This document shows positions 1-9,771 of a stretch of 64,000 nt of DNA, in pieces. The stretch covers positions 6,627 through 70,626 of the forward strand of contig OW818634.1 of NCBI GenBank assembly GCA_942492765.1, read 5' to 3'. The position numbers and the translations under genes are program-made. The notes under the pieces were generated by a model. That model did no database searches. It had not been told where the DNA came from and saw only the letters and a program-made list of their open reading frames with translations. The stretch is from an uncultured bacterium (GTDB lineage: Bacteria > Patescibacteriota > Patescibacteriia > Patescibacteriales > UBA12465). Each line of letters starts with the position of its first letter. Positions within the stretch are counted from its first letter, which is position 1.

Positions 1-1565
1 CGGAGCCGATCGCCACTTCGACTAAGGAGTCTATCATAGCTGCTTACTTGAAACGCTTAGATAAGCCGGGCGACGTCTATGAGCCGCTCGAAGGCAAGAA
101 GATCGACACGGATAAGCTCTTATCTCTCTTCGCTTATCTAGGCAGCGCTACTTCCACCCCCCTGACGGCTGCTAATCTAGAATTGAAGAACGGCAAAGTC
201 TTGATAAAAGCAACTCCTGGTTCCGTCGCCTCGACGACGGCCACGCAATTGAAGATACCTGGACTGAGCTTTGATTTGCAGAGCTTCCGGTATTATCCGG
301 AAAACGAGATTGCTGCGCACGTTTTGGGGTTCGTCAGTTATTCTAATGATGAAGGCAACGGCAAATATGGATTGGAAGAATTTTTTAATGATGAATTGTT
401 CGGAAAATACGGTTCTCTCAAATCGGAAAAAGGCGGGCAGGGCAGCGTCATCATCGTTAATGATCGCGAATACGTGCCGCCGGTGGCTGGATCTGATCTA
501 GTCTTAACGCTTGATCGCAACGTGGAGTTCACTGCCTGCGAGAAGCTTAAGGAAGCGGTTAAGAAGCATGGCGCCGATGGCGGCTCAGTTATCGTCATCA
601 ATCCTAAGACCGGAGCAATCATCGCGATGTGTTCGCTTCCAGATTTCAACCCGAATAATTACAAGGATGTTTCCGACATCAGCGTCTATAATAATCCGGC
701 CCTATTCAATCAGTATGAGCCGGGTTCGGTTTTCAAGACCGTAACCATGTCCATCGCTATCGATCAAGGAAAAGTCTCTCCGGCGACGACCTATAAGGAT
801 GAGGGGCAGATCATGATCAACGGCTGGCCTAAGCCGATCAGGAATTCCGATTTTTCCACTAAAGGAGCCCATGGCATCGTCGATATGAATTTTGTCTTGG
901 AAAATTCTTTGAATACCGGCGCGATCTTCGCGATGCGCCAAGCCGGACCTAAGGTCTTCGCCAGTTACGTTAAGGATTACGGTTTCGGTGAAAAGACCGG
1001 CATTGAACTGGAAGGGGAAGCGGCTGGCAGCATCGGCAATCTCTTATCCAGCAAGGTCAGGGAGATCGATGCGGCCACTACCTCTTTCGGCCAAGGCCTT
1101 TCCGTTACGCCGTTGCAGATGGTCATGTCTTATCAAGCTATCGCCAATAAAGGCGTCATGATGAAGCCTTATATAGTCCAGGCGATCATCAGGGATGGCA
1201 AGCGGGAAGAGATGATCCCGAAGCAGCTGCGCCAAGTCATCAGCTCTAAGACGGCGGCGACTATCTCCGCCATGCTCGTTAATGTCGTCGAGAATGGCCA
1301 CTCTAAGCGCGCTTATATCGACGGTTATTATATCGGCGGCAAGACCGGCACGGCTCAGGTGGCTGTCAATGGCGGATATAGCACTGACAAGTATATCCAT
1401 ACTTTCATCGGCATCGCTCCGATTGACGAACCGGCCTTTGTCATGCTAACTAAGATAGATGCTCCGAGGGATGTCGAGTTCGCCGAAGGGTCGGCTTTGC
1501 CTCTTTGGACAGAGATAGCTGATTTCATGCTGAAGTATTACCAGGTCCCGAAAACTAGAAAATAA
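1..1565 (+). CDS. Penicillin-binding protein 2 / FtsI-type peptidoglycan transpeptidase; 5' end truncated by the window edge (the frame is open back to nt 3, and the first in-frame start in the window is a TTG at 48).
   Basis: Transpeptidase motifs are present in the translation: SxxK (SVFK), SxN (SLN) and KTG(T) (GGKTGTAQ). The gene sits immediately upstream of a Mur ligase, which is the classic ftsI-mur order. Confidence 0.8.
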   Translation, partial: EPIATSTKESIIAAYLKRLDKPGDVYEPLEGKKIDTDKLLSLFAYLGSATSTPLTAANLELKNGKVLIKATPGSVASTTATQLKIPGLSFDLQSFRYYPENEIAAHVLGFVSYSNDEGNGKYGLEEFFNDELFGKYGSLKSEKGGQGSVIIVNDREYVPPVAGSDLVLTLDRNVEFTACEKLKEAVKKHGADGGSVIVINPKTGAIIAMCSLPDFNPNNYKDVSDISVYNNPALFNQYEPGSVFKTVTMSIAIDQGKVSPATTYKDEGQIMINGWPKPIRNSDFSTKGAHGIVDMNFVLENSLNTGAIFAMRQAGPKVFASYVKDYGFGEKTGIELEGEAAGSIGNLLSSKVREIDAATTSFGQGLSVTPLQMVMSYQAIANKGVMMKPYIVQAIIRDGKREEMIPKQLRQVISSKTAATISAMLVNVVENGHSKRAYIDGYYIGGKTGTAQVAVNGGYSTDKYIHTFIGIAPIDEPAFVMLTKIDAPRDVEFAEGSALPLWTEIADFMLKYYQVPKTRK

Positions 1566-1566
1566 T

Positions 1567-2853
1567 ATGAGAAAGATATTAGAGATAAAATTGCGGCTGC
1601 TGGCCAGATTGATACTGAAGAAGTATCAGCCTCTTGTAATCGGCATCACCGGCTCTGTCGGCAAGACGAGCGCTAAGGAGGCGATCTTCGCAGTCTTGAA
1701 GGATCGGGAAGCGGTCGCCATGAGCCAGAAAAATTATAATAATGAGATCGGCCTGCCTCTTACTATCATCGGCGCTGAATCAGCCGGTCGTAGCCTTTTC
1801 GGCTGGATCAGGATATTTTTCAAAGCCGCCGGACTCATCTTATTTAAAGATAAGAAATATCCGCGCGTGCTGATCTTAGAGATGGGCGTCGATCGTCCGG
1901 GCGACATGGCTTATCTCACCGCTATCGCTCCGCCCAATATCGGCATCATCACCGCCATCAGCTATTCGCATTTAGAGTATTTTGGCAGCCTCGTGAATAT
2001 TAAGAAAGAAAAGCAAGTCTTGATTGAGAATCTTGATAATAAAGGCCTGGCCATACTTAATTATGATAATGAATCGGCTCGAGAGATGGCCGGCGCCAGC
2101 AAGGCGAAGGTTCTGACCTATGGATTGAAGGCCGGGGCCGATCTGCAGGCCCAAGATATCGTCTATAATTTCACCAAAGGCAATTATGAATTATCTGGCC
2201 TTAATTTCAAGATGAACCATCAAGGCTCGATCGTGCCGGTCTTCATGGATAATGTCATGTCAGAAACCGTCTTGTATGCGGCTTTAGCCGCTGCTGCCGT
2301 CGGCTTGTATTTCGGAATGAACCTGGTCGAGATTGCAGCGGCTTTGAAAGATTTTTCTCTGCCGCACGGGCGTATGAATATCTTACCGGGCATCAAGCAT
2401 ACTTTCATCATCGATGATACCTATAATTCTTCTCCGGAAGCGACCGAGAGCGCTTTGGATATTCTCAGTCGCATCAAGATCGATCCGTCCGCCTCAAAAT
2501 ATGCAGTCCTAGGCGACATGCTGGAGATCGGGCATTATACGGTCGAGGGACACCAGCTAGCGGGGAAGAAAGTCGTGAGCGGCGGCATTGATTATTTGGT
2601 TGCCGTCGGCGAAAAGTCCCGCGATTCTGTCAGGGCAGCGATAGCGGACGGCCTGAGCGAGGATAATGTCTTCCATTTCGATCAAGCCCTCGAAGCCGGC
2701 GCGTTCTTGCAGGAAAGACTCAAGGCCGGCGATGTCGTTTTGGTCAAAGGATCGCAAGGCATGCGCATGGAAAGAACGGTCAAGGAGATCATGGCTGAAC
2801 CGGAGCGCGCGCGCGAATTATTAGTGCGCCAAGGAGCGGAATGGACAGAATAA
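1567..2853 (+). CDS. murF: UDP-N-acetylmuramoyl-tripeptide--D-alanyl-D-alanine ligase (MurF-type Mur ligase)
   Basis: It has the Mur ligase P-loop GITGSVGKTS and a DDTYNSSPEA motif resembling the MurF DDSYNANP box. It lies 1 nt after the PBP stop. Confidence 0.75.
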   Translation: MRKILEIKLRLLARLILKKYQPLVIGITGSVGKTSAKEAIFAVLKDREAVAMSQKNYNNEIGLPLTIIGAESAGRSLFGWIRIFFKAAGLILFKDKKYPRVLILEMGVDRPGDMAYLTAIAPPNIGIITAISYSHLEYFGSLVNIKKEKQVLIENLDNKGLAILNYDNESAREMAGASKAKVLTYGLKAGADLQAQDIVYNFTKGNYELSGLNFKMNHQGSIVPVFMDNVMSETVLYAALAAAAVGLYFGMNLVEIAAALKDFSLPHGRMNILPGIKHTFIIDDTYNSSPEATESALDILSRIKIDPSASKYAVLGDMLEIGHYTVEGHQLAGKKVVSGGIDYLVAVGEKSRDSVRAAIADGLSEDNVFHFDQALEAGAFLQERLKAGDVVLVKGSQGMRMERTVKEIMAEPERARELLVRQGAEWTE

Positions 2854-2869
2854 TCTTTTGGAAAATATA

Positions 2870-2900
2870 AAAGCCTCGATTTTATTCGAGGCTTTTTTTG
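2870..2900. terminator. Rho-independent terminator; hairpin aagcctcga/tcgaggctt followed by a T-run. It sits between convergent genes and may act in both directions.
   Basis: A perfect 9-bp inverted repeat with a 7-nt loop, followed by ttttttt, read directly from the sequence. Confidence 0.7.
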
Positions 2901-2919
2901 ATCAAGTTGCTTGATCGGG

Positions 2920-3420
2920 TTATTCTTTAGGATTATTTACCCAAACTTTTCTTATCCTATCGCAATAACATTTATCGATAGCCGCTCTAGTGCTGCCATC
3001 GGTTATTCGCGCTAGTTCTCTCATTTCTCCGTCAGAAAGATAGCCCGGGTCTTCTTGGTTGCGGCAGGATATCCTGTTGCCCAAGAATTTAGAATATAAG
3101 ACTGCCAGAAAAGGAGTTATGATCAAACTGCCTTTGCCATGGACATCAACCATCATGATGTAGAGGTCTCTGCCTATCTCATAATATTTTTTCTGCCATT
3201 CAACCTCTCTTCTCATATCTTCTTGCCGGTTGCCTGTTGGTATTGGAGATTCCAGCCTGTATAGAAGCCAGCCGAGGTAATTGCAGATTTCCGGTCCTTC
3301 AAGGATATCAGAGAGCTTGAAATTATTCCTGCTATTGCTGTAGCGGCGGATTATTTTTTCAGCTTCTTCGATATCTTGAGTTTTGAGAATCTTGTTCAAG
3401 ACACTGCTTAATGTTTCCAT
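2920..3420 (-). CDS. Hypothetical protein (166 aa)
   Basis: An ORF with no recognisable motifs. It is convergent with murF. Confidence 0.4.
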   Translation of the reverse strand: METLSSVLNKILKTQDIEEAEKIIRRYSNSRNNFKLSDILEGPEICNYLGWLLYRLESPIPTGNRQEDMRREVEWQKKYYEIGRDLYIMMVDVHGKGSLIITPFLAVLYSKFLGNRISCRNQEDPGYLSDGEMRELARITDGSTRAAIDKCYCDRIRKVWVNNPKE

Positions 3421-3443
3421 TTTTTAGATTTTTAAATTGAGGT

Positions 3444-4397
3444 TTAAGCTTCTAATTTTTCTGATGAAGGAATGACAAATTTTTTTTTGGAATCCCGTTT
3501 GCCTTTCCAGAAAGGAAAAAAATAAGCGAGCAAGCCGGCGCTTAGGCTGAGTAGCAGGAATTGGCGATAGCCTAGACTCATCCACAGGCTGACGCCGAGG
3601 AGTAGGCTCATGCCGATCACGACTATAAATTTCAGCCGCGTTCCTTTTCTATTCCTCCTGTCGCTCAGGACTACAATGATAGGATAATTATGGTTAGCGA
3701 TCATGACAAATAAGCTGAAGAAAGCGACCATTAAGGTGATGGTGACGCTATTTTGGATATTCGGCACCATCCACGGCATGAGAAAAGCGATTCCTATGCT
3801 CGTATAGATTATGGCGACTAAAGCGAGGCTCACTTGTCCGCAATTTCTGAAGACATTTCGGGTCTTTAGTCCGGCGAAGAACAGAGCTATGAATAAAGCG
3901 ATATTCTCCCAAGGGAAGCGCGTCCTTGATTTTTCGGTCAAGTCAGCTTTCATTTCATGGGTCGCGCGATCATAATAGATCGTGGTTTCGATCGTCCTGA
4001 CGGTGCTCAGCGTCAGCCAGGAGTTATAACCGCCGCGATAGATTTTCTTGGAAACTTTCTTTTGTCCGCTCTTCCAGATATGGTAAGCATCGACAGAAAG
4101 GACTTTTCCAAAAGCAGCCAGAGTCTCTTTGACGAGCGGGTCGATAGATCTGATAGTGTCTTTGATGATATAGACATCATCGAATTCGCTATTATCTATC
4201 TCGTAGAAATGAACAGCGCCGAAACCTTCCTTGTAGTAGATGAAAGATATTTCCTGCGCGCTGGCTGGCCGGCCCTCTTCTATGACTAGGAATTGGCCGT
4301 CGCGGCTGATGATGGCTCCTTGCGGGGCGTATAGGTCTGCGGCCTGGCCAAGGCAAGCCATTAGGACTAAGCCTGAAAAAATCATGATTTTTCTCAT
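3444..4397 (-). CDS. Hypothetical membrane protein with an N-terminal signal peptide, a soluble domain and a C-terminal multi-TM region
   Basis: There is a hydrophobic N-terminus (MIFSGLVLMACLG) and about 5 hydrophobic helices in the C-terminal third. Confidence 0.45.
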   Translation of the reverse strand: MRKIMIFSGLVLMACLGQAADLYAPQGAIISRDGQFLVIEEGRPASAQEISFIYYKEGFGAVHFYEIDNSEFDDVYIIKDTIRSIDPLVKETLAAFGKVLSVDAYHIWKSGQKKVSKKIYRGGYNSWLTLSTVRTIETTIYYDRATHEMKADLTEKSRTRFPWENIALFIALFFAGLKTRNVFRNCGQVSLALVAIIYTSIGIAFLMPWMVPNIQNSVTITLMVAFFSLFVMIANHNYPIIVVLSDRRNRKGTRLKFIVVIGMSLLLGVSLWMSLGYRQFLLLSLSAGLLAYFFPFWKGKRDSKKKFVIPSSEKLEA

Positions 4398-4503
4398 TAT
4401 TTCCTGGTTTTTATTTAGTGAATATTTGAATGTTAAGTTACGTAAATTCCTATAAGTTTATAGTTTTTCTTGATTTTTGTCAACGGCTTGATATACTGAA
4501 ACC

Positions 4504-5367
4504 ATGTCTATATTAATACTTGGAGGGGGCGGAAATCTCGGCTCCCAACTAACTAAATTATTTTCGGCCGACTATGAGACGGTGTCTTTGGATCGGGAAG
4601 ACTTGGACGTGCTTGATTCTGCCGCTTTAGGCGCCAAGGTCCGAGAACTTAAGCCGGAACTCATTATCAATACCGTCGCCTATAACGCGGTTGATAAGTG
4701 CGAGGATAAGGACGGCTTTGCCGCCGCCTTTAAGCTTAATGTCGCTCTGCCGGAAAATCTGGCCGAGCTGGCTTTGGAAATCGGAGCGACCTTGATCCAT
4801 TATTCTTCTGATTATGTCTTCAGCGGCACGGAACAGAAGCAGTCTTTTGATGAGGAAGATACGCCTAATCCGGTCAATAAGTATGGAGAGAGTAAATTCC
4901 AGGGCGAAAGGGAGGTCTTGCGCCGCGCTAGCCTAGGCTTGAACTATTATCTGATCAGGACTTCGAAGCTGTTCGGACCGTCCGGAAGCAGCCCCAGCGC
5001 TAAACCCAGCTTTTTTGACATCATGCTGAATCTGGCTCAAGATAAGAAAGAGCTGACGGTCGTAAACGAGGAATTGAGCTGCTTCACCTATACTCCTGAT
5101 CTGGCGGCCGCGACTAAGCGCCTTTGGGAACTGGAAGTGCCGTTCGGAATATATCATCTGATGAACGAAGGTCCGGTAACCTGGTACGAAGCAGCCATAG
5201 AATTATTCCGCCAGAAGAAGATGAAGGTGGCCCTGCGCGCCGTCCGCAGCGAGAATCTGCTCCGCGCCGCGCGCCGTCCGAAATATTCCGTGCTCGTAAA
5301 TACTAAGGTCCATAAGCTGCGGAATTGGAAGGATGCTCTCAGGGAGTATCTGGAAACTGAAAAATAA
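4504..5367 (+). CDS. rmlD: dTDP-4-dehydrorhamnose reductase (RmlD/RfbD family)
   Basis: It has an N-terminal Rossmann motif (ILILGGGGNLG), a YSSDYVFSG motif resembling the RmlD STDYVFDG box, and is about 287 aa long. Confidence 0.75.
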   Translation: MSILILGGGGNLGSQLTKLFSADYETVSLDREDLDVLDSAALGAKVRELKPELIINTVAYNAVDKCEDKDGFAAAFKLNVALPENLAELALEIGATLIHYSSDYVFSGTEQKQSFDEEDTPNPVNKYGESKFQGEREVLRRASLGLNYYLIRTSKLFGPSGSSPSAKPSFFDIMLNLAQDKKELTVVNEELSCFTYTPDLAAATKRLWELEVPFGIYHLMNEGPVTWYEAAIELFRQKKMKVALRAVRSENLLRAARRPKYSVLVNTKVHKLRNWKDALREYLETEK

Positions 5368-5397
5368 AGCTATTAAATAATTCAATCATATAAAATT

Positions 5398-6123
5398 ATG
5401 CGAGGCATCATCCTTTCCGGCGGTTCCGGCACTAGGCTCAAACCGCTCACCAAGATCACTTCTAAGCAATTGCTCCCGATCTATAATCGGCCGATGATCT
5501 ATTATCCGTTAAATACGCTCATCAAGGCGGGCATCAAGGAGATTTTGATCATCGTCGCCCCGGAACGCGCCGGCGATTATCTTAATCTGCTCGGCTCCGG
5601 CAAGGAGTTCGGCGTCAAGTTCACTTATGAGATCCAGGATCATCCCGAAGGCTTGGCCCAAGCCTTCATCATCGGCGAGAACTTCATCGATCAGGAAGAT
5701 GTGGTGATGATTCTCGGCGATAATATTTTCGAGGACGATATCTCCGAAGCCGTGAAGAGCTTCAAGGGAGGAGCAAAAGTCTTTGCCAAGAAAGTTCCGG
5801 ATCCGGAGCGTTTCGGCGTCGTCAAATTCGATGAGAACATGAAAGCTGAAAAGATCGTGGAGAAGCCTCAGGAGTATCTTAGCGACTATGCCGTCACCGG
5901 TTTGTATATCTATGATCAGCGCGTCATCAAGATCGCTAAAGAGATGAAGCCGTCTCCTCGCGGCGAGTTGGAAATAACCGATGTCAATAATTGGTTTCTG
6001 GAGAAAGGGGAACTGGAAGTCGCGACTATCGAAGGAGAATGGCTGGATGCTGGAACTTTCGATAGCCTGCTCAAGGCGCAGAATTTTGCTAAGGAAAAAT
6101 TAGCCGATAAGATGGTCATATAA
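5398..6123 (+). CDS. Sugar-phosphate nucleotidyltransferase (RmlA-like glucose-1-phosphate thymidylyltransferase, short form)
   Basis: It has the canonical N-terminal G-rich motif MRGIILSGGSGTRLKPLT and lies directly downstream of rmlD. Confidence 0.7.
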   Translation: MRGIILSGGSGTRLKPLTKITSKQLLPIYNRPMIYYPLNTLIKAGIKEILIIVAPERAGDYLNLLGSGKEFGVKFTYEIQDHPEGLAQAFIIGENFIDQEDVVMILGDNIFEDDISEAVKSFKGGAKVFAKKVPDPERFGVVKFDENMKAEKIVEKPQEYLSDYAVTGLYIYDQRVIKIAKEMKPSPRGELEITDVNNWFLEKGELEVATIEGEWLDAGTFDSLLKAQNFAKEKLADKMVI

Positions 6124-6130
6124 ACAAATT

Positions 6131-7102
6131 ATGAAGCTGGCTGTCGGTTTCCTAACTTATAACGAAGCGACCGCTAAGTATTTAGGCGATTTTTTGTCGA
6201 GCCTGGAAACGGCTCTAAGCTTTCTGAAGCCGGATGATTACCGGGTCTATGCCTTCGACAATAGCGATAAAGGCCGGTCTGAAAACAGCCAGATCCTGCA
6301 GCGGCATGAAAACATCGCTTACTTCTGCCAAGGCCATAATCTGGGCTTTGCCCGAGCTTATAATATCCTGATTAAGGAAGCGATTAAGGATCGCGCCGAT
6401 TATTTTCTGGTCATCAACCCGGATACGCTGATCGAGCCGGAAGCGATCGAGAGGCTGATGAGCGCCTTAAATGCCGATGGTTCGCTCGGTTCAGTCGCGC
6501 CGAAATTACTGCGCTGGGATTTTGCTGGTCAGAAGAAGACGAACTTGATAGATTCGCTCGGATTAGTCTTGAAACCAGGCTTGAAATTCATCGACCTAGG
6601 ACAAGGAGATGAAGATGATGGGAAAAACACCGCCCACGCCATATTGGGTCCGTCGGGAGCGGCCGGCTTATTCCGTCTCAGCGCTTTGAGAAAAGTCGCA
6701 GAAAGCCGCCAGGGCGGCAGTGAGCAGTATTATGATGAACGCTTCTTCATGTATAAGGAAGACTGCGATCTAGCTTATCGCCTCTTTCTGAACGGTTATT
6801 CTTCGCGGTTGATACCAGAAGCTATAATCTATCACGACCGGACGGCCGCCGTTTCCGGCCGAGGAGTAGGAGATTTTTGGCGCGACCGGCAAACGAAAAG
6901 CCGTCAGATAAGGGCTTGGTCTTTTCGAAATCAGCATCTCATATTCTTAAAACACTGGAAAAAACAGAACCTTGTCAATAAAGTTATTGCAGGTTTTAAA
7001 ATTTTAGTTTTATTTACTTTTTCGCTTATATTAGAGCAATTTCTCTTAAAAGAGTATTTCTGTGTTTTGAGGCTTTCGCGGGGGTTGACTAATACAAAAT
7101 AA
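6131..7102 (+). CDS. Family 2 glycosyltransferase (rhamnosyltransferase-like)
   Basis: It has GT-A fold features (LTYNEA..., an acidic DNSD motif, a YHDR region) and continues the rml operon. Confidence 0.6.
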   Translation: MKLAVGFLTYNEATAKYLGDFLSSLETALSFLKPDDYRVYAFDNSDKGRSENSQILQRHENIAYFCQGHNLGFARAYNILIKEAIKDRADYFLVINPDTLIEPEAIERLMSALNADGSLGSVAPKLLRWDFAGQKKTNLIDSLGLVLKPGLKFIDLGQGDEDDGKNTAHAILGPSGAAGLFRLSALRKVAESRQGGSEQYYDERFFMYKEDCDLAYRLFLNGYSSRLIPEAIIYHDRTAAVSGRGVGDFWRDRQTKSRQIRAWSFRNQHLIFLKHWKKQNLVNKVIAGFKILVLFTFSLILEQFLLKEYFCVLRLSRGLTNTK

Positions 7103-7153
7103 TGTGATAAATTAGGGGAGAAATAAATATCACTGTCGGTTTATTTTTTTTAT

Positions 7154-8197
7154 ATGGAAAATATGGAAAACTTATTAGAAAAAATGATTAAGGATAAGAA
7201 ATCCGAAGAGCTGACCCGCTTAGACGCGATTAGCATCGTCGATTCCTTGTTCTCAGAACTGCTTGACCGGGAAAAGGATATCCTGTCCCGCCGCTTCGGA
7301 TTGAAGGGCGACAAGGGCGAAACTTTGGAAAAGATCGGCAGCCTTCATAAATTGACTAGAGAGCGCGTCCGCCAAATCGAGGCGGCCAGCATCAAGAAGA
7401 TCAAGAAGCTGGAAAAGCTAGAAGAATCGATCTCTTCTCTGAAAGAAGTCGTCGAGAGCTTGCTTACCGAGCATGGCGGATTGATCAGACGCGATTATCT
7501 CTTGGATATCCTGACCGTCATTTCGCTTGAGCTTAACGGCTCGACTGAAGCCGGCGCTGATACTGAAGCTAACCGTCAGTCTTATCGCAACCATTTTAAT
7601 TTTTTGATCTCTAAGCTCATGAGCGACGACTTGGAGCTCGTCGGAGACTCTGAGCAGTTCAACCCTTCTTTCAAGAAAAAGAATACGGAAGTCGGCCACC
7701 TGGAAGAGCTCGCCTCTGACTTATTGAAGAAAGTCGACGGCTTGAAGAAGACTTTTACGACCGAAGAGCTCCTGGATCTCCTCAAGAAATTGGAAGCTTA
7801 CAATAAGCATACTACCAAGCTGACCGGCAGCTCTGCCGATATCACCAGCGTCTTTAAGAGCCAGGTTTTCCCTGATAAGGCCGAAGTCATCAATAGCAAT
7901 AAGATCTTATATTCTCTCATGCAGGCTTTGAAGAACCTGGAGCAGAATAAATACGGAGAATGGGGTATCGCCGATTGGGGCGAAGTCAAGCCTAAGACCG
8001 TCAACGATAAGATCTATCTGATCCTGAAGCATGCCGGAGCTCCTCTGCATTTCACCGAGATCGCCAAGAAGATCAATGAGATGAAATTCGATAAGAAGAC
8101 CGCGAATGCCGCGACTGTCCACAATGAACTGATTCTTGATGACCGCTACGTGCTTGTCAACCGCGGAACTTACGGCCTCAAGGAATGGCAGAAATAA
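7154..8197 (+). CDS. Sigma-70 region 4-like HTH protein with a C-terminal HARE-HTH / RNA-polymerase delta-like domain
   Basis: Its N-terminus (DREKDILSRRFGL...ETLEKIGSLHKLTRERVRQIEAASIKKIKKL) matches the sigma-70 region 4 pattern. Its C-terminus (YLILKHAGAPLHFTEIAKKINEM...) resembles the HARE-HTH domain. Confidence 0.55.
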   Translation: MENMENLLEKMIKDKKSEELTRLDAISIVDSLFSELLDREKDILSRRFGLKGDKGETLEKIGSLHKLTRERVRQIEAASIKKIKKLEKLEESISSLKEVVESLLTEHGGLIRRDYLLDILTVISLELNGSTEAGADTEANRQSYRNHFNFLISKLMSDDLELVGDSEQFNPSFKKKNTEVGHLEELASDLLKKVDGLKKTFTTEELLDLLKKLEAYNKHTTKLTGSSADITSVFKSQVFPDKAEVINSNKILYSLMQALKNLEQNKYGEWGIADWGEVKPKTVNDKIYLILKHAGAPLHFTEIAKKINEMKFDKKTANAATVHNELILDDRYVLVNRGTYGLKEWQK

Positions 8198-8237
8198 GGC
8201 GCCTCGAACCGCTAGCAATCAACTATAAAATGAAACC

Positions 8238-8275
8238 CGTTTTTACTGAAAACGGGTTTTATTTTTTATTTTATA
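8238..8275 (+). terminator. Rho-independent terminator (aaacccgtttt...aaaacgggttt followed by a T-run)
   Basis: An inverted repeat plus a poly-T tract follows the gene 7154..8197. Confidence 0.65.
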
Positions 8276-8305
8276 TATGGTAAAATGTCTCCATAATCTC
8301 CTGAT

Positions 8306-9760
8306 ATGGATATAGTGATAAATACAAGCAGACTGGAACAATTCTTAAGCTTGCCTCCGGACGAGATGCTTTGGGTTTTTATGGGTAATTTCGGCTGGCT
8401 GATCGTCGCCATCGTCTTCCTTTACGGAATGCGGGAGGTTTATCTTTTCTGGTTGAGGAACGAATGGGAAAAGAACCATAAGAGCCTGCTTCTGGCTGTC
8501 GATATCCCGAAAGGCAATGAACAATCTCCGAAGGCGGTCGAAAATATGTTCACCTATCTCGGCGGCGCCCATGGCTCGATCAATTTTTTTGAGAAATGGT
8601 TCGAAGGCAAATTTCAGAAAGCTTTCAGTTTCGAGATAGTTAGTCTTGAGGGTTATACGCAATTCCTTATCCGTACGCCCTTGGAATACCGTAATCTCGT
8701 GGAATCGGCGGTCTACTCGCAATATCCCGACGCCGAAATCTCCGAAGTCGATGATTATGTGAGTGACGTGCCTCATAAAGTGCCGGACGAAGAATATGAT
8801 CTCTGGGGGACGGAATTCATCCAGGCTAACGCCTGGCCTTATCCGATAAAATGTTATCAGGAATTCGAGCATCAGATGGGACCGAGCGAGACTCAGTTCA
8901 AGGATCCGATGGCGAGCTTGATGGATCTCTGCGGCTCTTTGCGCCAAGGAGAATATTTTTGGTTTCAGATCATCGTCATCCCGACGGGCTTCAGCTGGGT
9001 CAAGGATTCGGAGAAGGAGATCAATAGGATCTTAGGCAGGAAAGAGAAGGCTAAGCCAGGACTGGCCGCGAAAGGCGTCGTCGCGCTCGGCGAAGCGAGC
9101 GAGATATTCTATCCGATCTGGGGCGATATCGGACCGGCCAAGGAAGAGAAGGCCAAGTCCATGATGGAATTATCTCCGGGCGAGAAGCGCAAGGTCGAGG
9201 GCATCCAGCTTAAGGCCGGCAAGCTCGGTTTCGAAGCCAAGATCAGGGCTGTTTATATCGCTAAGAAAGAAGTCATGAATAAGGCGAAAGTCGCTAACGG
9301 CTTAGTCGGGTATATGAAGCAATTCTCATCCTTAGATCTGAATAATCTTAAGCCGGACGTAGACATGACTTTCACGAAGACGGTTTATTTTTTTACCGCG
9401 CCGCGCCTGTTAGAGAAGAAACGCAAGATTCTGCGTGCCTATATAAATCGGTCGGATAATCGAGGCCGGAGGCCGGGCTTATACAATATCGAAGAACTGG
9501 CGACTCTCTGGCATTTTCCAGTTGAAGCTAATGTCAAGGCGGCCATGATCCAGAAGGCGCCGGGACGGAAAGCTGACGCGCCGGCATCGCTGCCGATCGC
9601 TGAAGATAGGGCGGTCGAGATTCCGGATATTTTTAACGAACCCTTCGCTGCTAAATCGGCTGCAGCCGCATCGGGAATGGCCGTGTCATTTTCGGCTGAG
9701 ACTGCTAAAGATTTGACCGAGAAGAAGGCGACGCCGCCGGCTAATCTGCCCTTCGTTTAA
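8306..9760 (+). CDS. Hypothetical membrane-anchored protein (484 aa)
   Basis: There is a single N-terminal TM helix (WLIVAIVFLYGM), no known catalytic motifs, and a lysine- and alanine-rich C-terminus. Confidence 0.45.
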   Translation: MDIVINTSRLEQFLSLPPDEMLWVFMGNFGWLIVAIVFLYGMREVYLFWLRNEWEKNHKSLLLAVDIPKGNEQSPKAVENMFTYLGGAHGSINFFEKWFEGKFQKAFSFEIVSLEGYTQFLIRTPLEYRNLVESAVYSQYPDAEISEVDDYVSDVPHKVPDEEYDLWGTEFIQANAWPYPIKCYQEFEHQMGPSETQFKDPMASLMDLCGSLRQGEYFWFQIIVIPTGFSWVKDSEKEINRILGRKEKAKPGLAAKGVVALGEASEIFYPIWGDIGPAKEEKAKSMMELSPGEKRKVEGIQLKAGKLGFEAKIRAVYIAKKEVMNKAKVANGLVGYMKQFSSLDLNNLKPDVDMTFTKTVYFFTAPRLLEKKRKILRAYINRSDNRGRRPGLYNIEELATLWHFPVEANVKAAMIQKAPGRKADAPASLPIAEDRAVEIPDIFNEPFAAKSAAAASGMAVSFSAETAKDLTEKKATPPANLPFV

Positions 9761-9771
9761 TCATAACTCCC

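Noticed and set aside
338-1400. Antisense or embedded ORFs within the PBP gene (338..649 -, 702..941 -, 1044..1400 -) and similar ones inside pyk (16862..17668 -), DUF4012 (12557..13057 -), gene 8306 (8345..8947 -), GT4/DUF4012 (10699..11472 -), nuoF-like (39937..40419 -), and the ribosomal/nusG region (54000..54557 +, 54824..55150 +)
   Set aside because: They fully overlap well-supported genes with clear motifs on the opposite strand. They have no motifs of their own, and this GC content produces long open antisense frames.
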